Assembly: GCA_039803205.1 (NCBI GenBank)
Contig: JBDRYB010000039.1
Coordinates: 1-13,080, forward strand
From: a candidate division WOR-3 bacterium
Lineage (GTDB): Bacteria; Hydrothermota; Hydrothermia; JBDRYB01
Reading direction: 5' to 3'
DNA length: 13,080 nt
Shown here one piece after another: positions 7,219-13,080 of the stretch. Below the pieces are notes generated by a model. That model did not search any database and was not told the origin of the DNA. It was given only the letters and a program-made list of their open reading frames with translations. Every line of letters starts with the position of its first letter. Position 1 is the stretch's first letter. The position numbers and the translations under genes were made by a program.

Positions 7219-8877
7219 ATGAGCTACATAGCCATAACCCTGATAGCATATCTGCCATTCCAGGCTGATACCCCAAAGGCCCCTATGCTCTGGTGGCCTG
7301 AGGCCGCAAACGGCGTCTGCGCGAATGGGGTTCATACTTCATATCAGAGGGGGGTGGGACTACTGGATTCGGAGTCGGTGATGATAAGGTGGGAAGCGGA
7401 ACTGCCGGACACATCCATCAGCACTCCTTACTTAGGCTCGGTCGTTTATGATGTTGACCTAGACGGGGTTCCGGAGGTCCTAGTAACCTACCAGGGCGCT
7501 ACCGGTTCCAAGCTCGTGGTCATGGATGGCCCCAGTGGAATGATTGAATGGGTCTGGACATGTCCCAATCTCACATTAGATCGTCACGCTCCCTCTGTTG
7601 GTGATGTTGATCTTGATGGCCATCCTGAGATAGTCATGAGGAGCGGAAATGTGAGCCTTACTGATTCTACCCGTGTTATCTGCTTAGATGGTGTAACCAG
7701 GGAGGTTAAATGGAACAAAGTAATACTTCCCCCTGCCCCTGGCGGGGCGCCTAACATATCCTCTCCCACCATAGCAAACCTGAACTGGGACCCATATTTG
7801 GAGATTGTGGTCACAGGCCTCATAGAGGGCTTTGATTTCGCGATGTTCTGTCTCAGTGGCAAGGATGGTTCTATCCTCTGGAGGAGAGATAGCGTAAGAA
7901 CACGACTAGCCGCGTGCTGGGATGTTAACGGTGACGGGATAACTGAGGTAATTGCGTCCCACATCCCGGATTATCACCTCATAGCCCTTTCAGGCCTTGA
8001 TGGTTCAATGGTTTGGCATAACACCGAGACCAATGTCTATGCCGGAAACGATGGGCCAACCATTGCTGATGCTGACGGGGATGGTGAATGGGAGATTATT
8101 GTTTACGGAGATTACGGAAGCTATGGGTATAACGAGGCCATCTTCTGGTTTGACGGCAAGACGGGGGCCCTGGAAAGGATGTATCTTCCCAACAAACACT
8201 GTTGGGATTCTGGCATACCCATCACAGGCCAACTGGATAGCGACCCCGCGCTGGAGTCCGTAGCCTGGTTTCCCAAAACCAAATCCGCTATATGCGTTGA
8301 CGGAGCATCTGCGGGAGAACAGTGGGAGTTCTCCTTTTCTAACTCAGCTCTTTTTAAGGGGGCCGTGGCTGACATGGATGACGACGGCGAAAACGAAGTT
8401 GTTCTCTTTTCATGGGAAGAGAACTATCTGCTTTGTCTTTCTAGAACGGGAGAAAAGAAATGGGGAATGGATTTTTCATATCTGAATTACCACGTAACAA
8501 TAAGGCCCATTGTTGCCGATGTTGACGGAGATGGTTATCTTGAGATAATTCTAACCCCAGCCGAGGGCCAAGGATCCCTGAGGGTCCGTTGCATAGACAA
8601 CGAGCGTGCTCTTCCGGCAAAGGAGGAAGAGAAAACCTTGAGGCCTCCAACCATGCTGGCCTTACCTGGAAGGCTCATCCTGACCCTACTTGATCCCTGC
8701 CCGGTTGATCTTTCGATTTATGACCTTGCTGGTAGAAAGATTGGGGAGCTCTATAAAGGCCAGCTTCCTGCCGGAACCTACGAGTTTGAGTTAACCGGTC
8801 TTGAACCTGGCGTTTATGTAGCCAGGCTCAGCTACGATGGTGTGATGATAACAAAGGCTGTTGTGATGAGGAGGTGA
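7219..8877 (+). CDS. Gene C: paralogue of A; FG-GAP propeller with T9SS-type CTD (552 aa)
   Basis: True start is 7219 (SD AAAGGAGGT; first 45 aa identical to A), not 7102. Eight repeats from DVDLDGVPE to DVDGDGYLE. Tail LSIYDLAGRKI...LEPGVYVARL...TKAVVMRR. Confidence 0.92.
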   Translation: MSYIAITLIAYLPFQADTPKAPMLWWPEAANGVCANGVHTSYQRGVGLLDSESVMIRWEAELPDTSISTPYLGSVVYDVDLDGVPEVLVTYQGATGSKLVVMDGPSGMIEWVWTCPNLTLDRHAPSVGDVDLDGHPEIVMRSGNVSLTDSTRVICLDGVTREVKWNKVILPPAPGGAPNISSPTIANLNWDPYLEIVVTGLIEGFDFAMFCLSGKDGSILWRRDSVRTRLAACWDVNGDGITEVIASHIPDYHLIALSGLDGSMVWHNTETNVYAGNDGPTIADADGDGEWEIIVYGDYGSYGYNEAIFWFDGKTGALERMYLPNKHCWDSGIPITGQLDSDPALESVAWFPKTKSAICVDGASAGEQWEFSFSNSALFKGAVADMDDDGENEVVLFSWEENYLLCLSRTGEKKWGMDFSYLNYHVTIRPIVADVDGDGYLEIILTPAEGQGSLRVRCIDNERALPAKEEEKTLRPPTMLALPGRLILTLLDPCPVDLSIYDLAGRKIGELYKGQLPAGTYEFELTGLEPGVYVARLSYDGVMITKAVVMRR

Positions 8878-8953
8878 TGCCTATGGAGGAATAAGCCGAA
8901 AAGGAGAGGTGGAATGGTAAAAGGGAAGGTAAAGGAAAAAAGGAGTGAGAAAC

Positions 8954-11900
8954 ATGAACACGCTGATAACAACGCTGATAGCCGGCCTGGCCTGGTGGCC
9001 ACAGGGCCGGCACACAGCAGCCAACATAGGCCGGATATACGGCCACGGCCTGTTTCAGTACGAGAAGTCATCTCCACAGATTTTCAGCTATGATAACCCC
9101 AATGGCTACGCGGTCCAGATGCGCTACGGCCCTGTTGTTGGGGATATAGATGGGGATGGCAAGAATGAGATCGTTGTTGTTTGGGGAACATCTGAGGCCA
9201 CGGGATATGGGGAGATAGGGTGCTATGAGTTTAGCGGTATCGGGATCAGTCCAGATCCGGCCCATCCAAAATGGCCAATAAACCCACCGTATCCTCAGCG
9301 CGTTGAGCTCGCGCCAGCGCTCGTTGATGTGGGAGCATATGAGGACCCCGGACCTGATAACATCCCTGATGTCATCTGGCATTGGGGAAGCGAAGGGAAA
9401 GTAGAGGCACTTGATTTTGAGCCGGCCCCCAATCCTGAACCCCTCTGGTCCCGCCAGCTCTTTTCCGGCGGCACCCCTAACACCAGACCCACATCCCCAA
9501 CCGTCGCTGATCTCACCGGTGAGGGAATAGCAGATGTGGTGATAGGTTCAACGAGACCACCCGGAGTTGCAACCCTGTATTGCATAAACGGAGCAGGTGG
9601 AACCGTTAGCTGGACCTTCGCGTGCGACAGCCCTTCACTCACTCACTCCAAGCCAGCTGTTGGTGATGTGGATGGAGACGGAGACCCAGAGGTAATCTTT
9701 ACGGCTATCTATAATGAGCATCCCAGATACCCGGAGTTGCGCGTTTTCGTCCTTGAGCACACTGGAGCCCTGTTGTCTACTGCTGTTATCCCTCTCTATA
9801 ACGATTATTCCCAACATGTTCAACTTACAAACTACCCCGCACCCCTTCTCTGTAACCTTGATGCTGACCCTGAGCTTGAGATAGTGATATACCAGCAGGT
9901 TAAAATAGGGCCCAATATAAACCATATCTGGCCGTGCCGTAATGACCTCATAGCGTTTGAGCCCAACCTCACTCAGAAGTGGATATACTCCGTGGATTTC
10001 ACCCTTAGCACCCCGGATCTCTATGGAGATGTTTTTGCATCCCCAGCGGCAGCTGATCTTCAAGGAAATGATGGGAGTTCTGAGATCGTGATCGTAGATC
10101 AGATAGGGCGCATTCACCTTATAGACGGAGGCTCTGGCGCTGGGATCTGGGTATCGGCACCCTCCAATCAACTAATGATACAAGCCTCTCCAGTTATAGC
10201 TGATCTTGACGGTGATCCTGCTGACCTTGAGGTTCTCGTCATAACCATGGGTGGAGCGCTGAGTATCCTGGATGGTAATACTGGCAGTGAAGTGTGGAAT
10301 ACCACTGGTTTAATGCCAGCTTGGCCCTGCGCTTCTTCTCCAACCGTAGCTGACTGCGACGGGAACGGCACCTTGGAGATAGTGGTTTGCACCAACGATC
10401 TCGCCACCGGAGGGGGCAAACTCTATGTTATCCGGGGTTCTGAGTTCCCTGAGCCGTTCTGGTCAATGGTCCCCATTACCAACTATAACCCTCAGCCTCT
10501 ATCCTCCTGGAACGCCCGTTTCTACGATGCTTCAGTTATGCCCCCATCCAAGGCGGTTGATCACGAGTATGGAATAGACCCGAACCTGAGATCAAACCTT
10601 ATAGCTGCTGTCGGGATGTCCGATGTGGACTTCATGGGGACGGGCATAATGTCATTCGCGTATTACTCAACTGATGGAGGAAACGCATGGAACGGCGCGC
10701 CAGTAACCCGTAACTGGCCCATATTATTGCTTCCGAGTCTGAGAGCCGTTCGTTATATCCTTCACGGCGTCCACCTGATGTCCGCTTCGGCCGCAGAACC
10801 CCCAACTCCAAACGGCGTTGCAGTGGGCTATGCTTTTGCTCCTTATGCAGGAGGAGGTTTCTGGTATGGCTGTATCCTCGTGACCATTGACGGCGGAATG
10901 AGCTGGGAGGATTGGACAGGGGATCTTTTGGGGGTGTCGGCTCCTCGCGCGCTTCCAATAGCCCCTCTTCGTGATTGCATCATTGTCACCAACGGAGGAG
11001 ACCACAGGACATGGATAGTTGGGGATCAAGGCCAGGTGCTTACAGGGCAGTTGACCACAGGTGGATTAGCTTATACCACGCCCCCCTCTCTGCAGGCTCC
11101 GCCGAACAAGGTGCATCTCTATGGGGTTTATGCTTATTACCCTTATCCTGACCCTGTTAAGGGTTTCATCTGGGTCGCTGGAAAATATGAAAAGTGGGGT
11201 GGACCAAAAGGAGGCTACATCAATTGGGGCTACCAGAGAGGCCCAAACACCGTGGAATGGGGTATCCCTTATCTAAACTGGAGTCCAAATGCGGCCTTCT
11301 TTGACGCCATATATGACCTTTGGACTCAGGGCGCCCAGATGCCATCATTGCCTGGGTATTGTGGCTCATTTAAGGAGGCCGGAATAACAGACTCCATATT
11401 TGTTGTTGGTAGGGATGTAGCTCAGGATGGAGTGACCTATCCCTTGGGCCTCATCTGGGGAACCACGGATAAAAGAAAAACCTCAGAACTACAAGTTTAC
11501 CGGGCCAACCGCTCCTTCTACGACATCTCCACCCTTGAATACCCTGCCCTGAGGCGCTATGTCTTTGGTGAGGGGCCCATAAGATACTGGGACTATAACT
11601 TCACGAAGGAGGACCTGCTGCTGCCAGATGAGACTCTGGGAGACGACGGGATAGCCATAAAGAATGACTTTGAAGTAGGGCCAGTGCCTCCGGACAGGGT
11701 TCTCTATGGCTCCGCGGATAACGCTGGGATAGCTGTGGGACGAATGTCCATGAGCAACCTCCCGACCATCTGGAAAAAGGGCTCCTTTGAATATGTGGAG
11801 AGCGGAGAGCTCACCCCCATCCCCTTCGGCCCCCCTGAGATAACCTGGACAAGGTCTCAGAACAACGGCAGGGTTGCTTGGGTCGTCTGGAACCACAACA

Positions 11901-13080
11901 CAGAGCCAACTGTCAGGGATTACAGGATAAGGGCTTATCCCATGGGACAGGGCTCCGAGGACTGGAACTCCTTGCTCACCTTCAATGTTGAGACCTTCAT
12001 GCCCCTCCCGAATGACTCAGGCTACTGGGAAGGCGTTGGCGTAAAGGCTGTTGACTGCTGGGGAACCGAATCCCAGGCCTCTGACGACCTCGGCGACACC
12101 TCCTTGTTCTATCACCCTGGCCCCGCCGCTGTCTCGGACACCCTCGCCCTTTTCCCTTCATCAACAGAGAACCTGGTCGTGGACTACGATGGGGTCGCTC
12201 ACCTGGTTTACGCGTCCCGCTCCCTTGAGGATGGCGAGTATCACATCTATTACATCGCGAGGCCCTTTGGAGGGGCTTGGTCAGAGCCACAGGACCTCGG
12301 CCGGGGATATGCTCCAACCCTGGCTTTCTGGAATGACACGGCTGATTTCGCCAACGCTACCCTTTACCTCGCATACACCACCCACCAGGGAAAGACATCA
12401 AAGCTCATGATGAGGAAGAAGGGGCCTGGCGGCTCTTGGTCTCCAGCTAAGCAGGTTGTCATGTTCAACCCTTCAAGCCCCTACCTCGGCATGGGAGCGC
12501 CTGACATACTTGATGTTTTCCAGGGAGGCCAGACCCCTGCGTTCATGGGAGCTGGCGATCCCCCGCGCGTCTATGTGGCCCTGAAGGCCCCTATCCGCGA
12601 TGGAAAGAAGGACAGGGTCAAGGGATACGCGCTCCTGGTATTCACGATAAACCCCCAGAACATGAGCGCCCTGAGCGCAGAGACAGTGGACTCGGTCTCT
12701 GTCCCGGCCTTTGATGTCCCTGATAGACAGGCCTTTCTCTGCGGTATAGGGGGCGTTTCCTTAACTGGAATAAAGGTCCTAGACCAGTATCACCAGCACA
12801 TCGCTTGGGACACCGACGGAAACCACCTCTCTGTGCTCTGGAGAAAGAACCCCGGGCTTGGCTGGAACAGGATTGACCTATCTGGCAATCTCTACGGATA
12901 CGCCAATGAGGCAAAGGAGCCATACATAGTGGCTCTTGGAGGTTCAATATATTGCAATATTAATCCCATGATTTGCGACACATATTCCGTTGCATATCTA
13001 ACATTCTGCGGTCGCAATAACAACACCCAGCCATACTCTGTCTATCTCTCATACCTCTACACCCACCAGCCAGCTGGTTT
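8954..13080 (+). CDS. Gene D: long paralogue of B; FG-GAP propeller, Asp-box propeller, FN3-like domain and further propeller-like region; partial (at least 1375 aa)
   Basis: Hand translation from MNTLITTLIAGLAWWPQGRH is open to the right edge. Repeats run from DIDGDGKNE to DCDGNGTLE, with Asp-boxes YYSTDGGNAW and VTIDGGMSW. FN3-like VVWNHNTEPTVRDYRI...VGVKAVDCWGTES lies at about 11820-12085, followed by LVVDYDGVAHLVY...IYYIAR..GAWSEP. Not in the ORF track. Confidence 0.93.
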   Translation, partial: MNTLITTLIAGLAWWPQGRHTAANIGRIYGHGLFQYEKSSPQIFSYDNPNGYAVQMRYGPVVGDIDGDGKNEIVVVWGTSEATGYGEIGCYEFSGIGISPDPAHPKWPINPPYPQRVELAPALVDVGAYEDPGPDNIPDVIWHWGSEGKVEALDFEPAPNPEPLWSRQLFSGGTPNTRPTSPTVADLTGEGIADVVIGSTRPPGVATLYCINGAGGTVSWTFACDSPSLTHSKPAVGDVDGDGDPEVIFTAIYNEHPRYPELRVFVLEHTGALLSTAVIPLYNDYSQHVQLTNYPAPLLCNLDADPELEIVIYQQVKIGPNINHIWPCRNDLIAFEPNLTQKWIYSVDFTLSTPDLYGDVFASPAAADLQGNDGSSEIVIVDQIGRIHLIDGGSGAGIWVSAPSNQLMIQASPVIADLDGDPADLEVLVITMGGALSILDGNTGSEVWNTTGLMPAWPCASSPTVADCDGNGTLEIVVCTNDLATGGGKLYVIRGSEFPEPFWSMVPITNYNPQPLSSWNARFYDASVMPPSKAVDHEYGIDPNLRSNLIAAVGMSDVDFMGTGIMSFAYYSTDGGNAWNGAPVTRNWPILLLPSLRAVRYILHGVHLMSASAAEPPTPNGVAVGYAFAPYAGGGFWYGCILVTIDGGMSWEDWTGDLLGVSAPRALPIAPLRDCIIVTNGGDHRTWIVGDQGQVLTGQLTTGGLAYTTPPSLQAPPNKVHLYGVYAYYPYPDPVKGFIWVAGKYEKWGGPKGGYINWGYQRGPNTVEWGIPYLNWSPNAAFFDAIYDLWTQGAQMPSLPGYCGSFKEAGITDSIFVVGRDVAQDGVTYPLGLIWGTTDKRKTSELQVYRANRSFYDISTLEYPALRRYVFGEGPIRYWDYNFTKEDLLLPDETLGDDGIAIKNDFEVGPVPPDRVLYGSADNAGIAVGRMSMSNLPTIWKKGSFEYVESGELTPIPFGPPEITWTRSQNNGRVAWVVWNHNTEPTVRDYRIRAYPMGQGSEDWNSLLTFNVETFMPLPNDSGYWEGVGVKAVDCWGTESQASDDLGDTSLFYHPGPAAVSDTLALFPSSTENLVVDYDGVAHLVYASRSLEDGEYHIYYIARPFGGAWSEPQDLGRGYAPTLAFWNDTADFANATLYLAYTTHQGKTSKLMMRKKGPGGSWSPAKQVVMFNPSSPYLGMGAPDILDVFQGGQTPAFMGAGDPPRVYVALKAPIRDGKKDRVKGYALLVFTINPQNMSALSAETVDSVSVPAFDVPDRQAFLCGIGGVSLTGIKVLDQYHQHIAWDTDGNHLSVLWRKNPGLGWNRIDLSGNLYGYANEAKEPYIVALGGSIYCNINPMICDTYSVAYLTFCGRNNNTQPYSVYLSYLYTHQPAG

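Larger units (their letters stand above)
7156..11780 (+). repeat. Tandem duplication unit 2 (promoter, gene C, and the B-homologous part of gene D)
   Basis: Homology to unit 1 runs from 7156 to about NLPTIWKK (about 11780), which matches NLPCIWIK at the end of B. Confidence 0.88.

Noticed and set aside
6847..11614. Near-identical 112-bp pair as a DGR template/variable repeat
   Set aside because: The mismatches are synonymous and mostly T/C rather than adenine-specific, both copies are coding, and no reverse transcriptase is present in the window.
2842..12947. Many 60-178 aa minus-strand and alternate-frame ORFs over genes A-D
   Set aside because: They overlap well-supported long ORFs and show no recognisable motifs; their recurrence in both copies follows from the duplication.
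2572..13080. Calling the propellers PQQ dehydrogenases, sialidases or rhamnogalacturonan lyases
   Set aside because: Only structural repeat motifs are visible; no catalytic signature could be identified by eye.

Overview
Accessory or island-like bacterial region. On the left, a large serine recombinase gene (minus strand, ATG at 1017, running off the window edge and missed by the ORF track) faces away from a small winged-helix gene and a truncated IS4-type transposase. From 2509 onward there is a direct tandem duplication (period about 4.6 kb) of a two-gene module with its own promoter. Gene A (2572-4278) and its paralogue C (7219-8877) encode an 8-repeat FG-GAP/DxDxDG beta-propeller with a T9SS-type C-terminal sorting domain. 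Gene B (4361-7150) and its paralogue D (8954 to beyond 13080, also missed by the ORF track) encode an FG-GAP propeller plus an Asp-box propeller, and D continues into an FN3-like domain and a further repeat region. The copies are a mosaic of near-identical blocks (promoter and N-terminus, CTD-intergenic-N-terminus, and an internal 112-bp block) separated by strongly diverged propeller loops, and B stops 5 bp before the start of the second copy. This looks like a constant/variable array of secreted surface proteins. A host in the FCB group (possibly a WOR-3-like thermophile) is inferred only from the T9SS tail, the very short signal peptides and AGG/ATA codon use.
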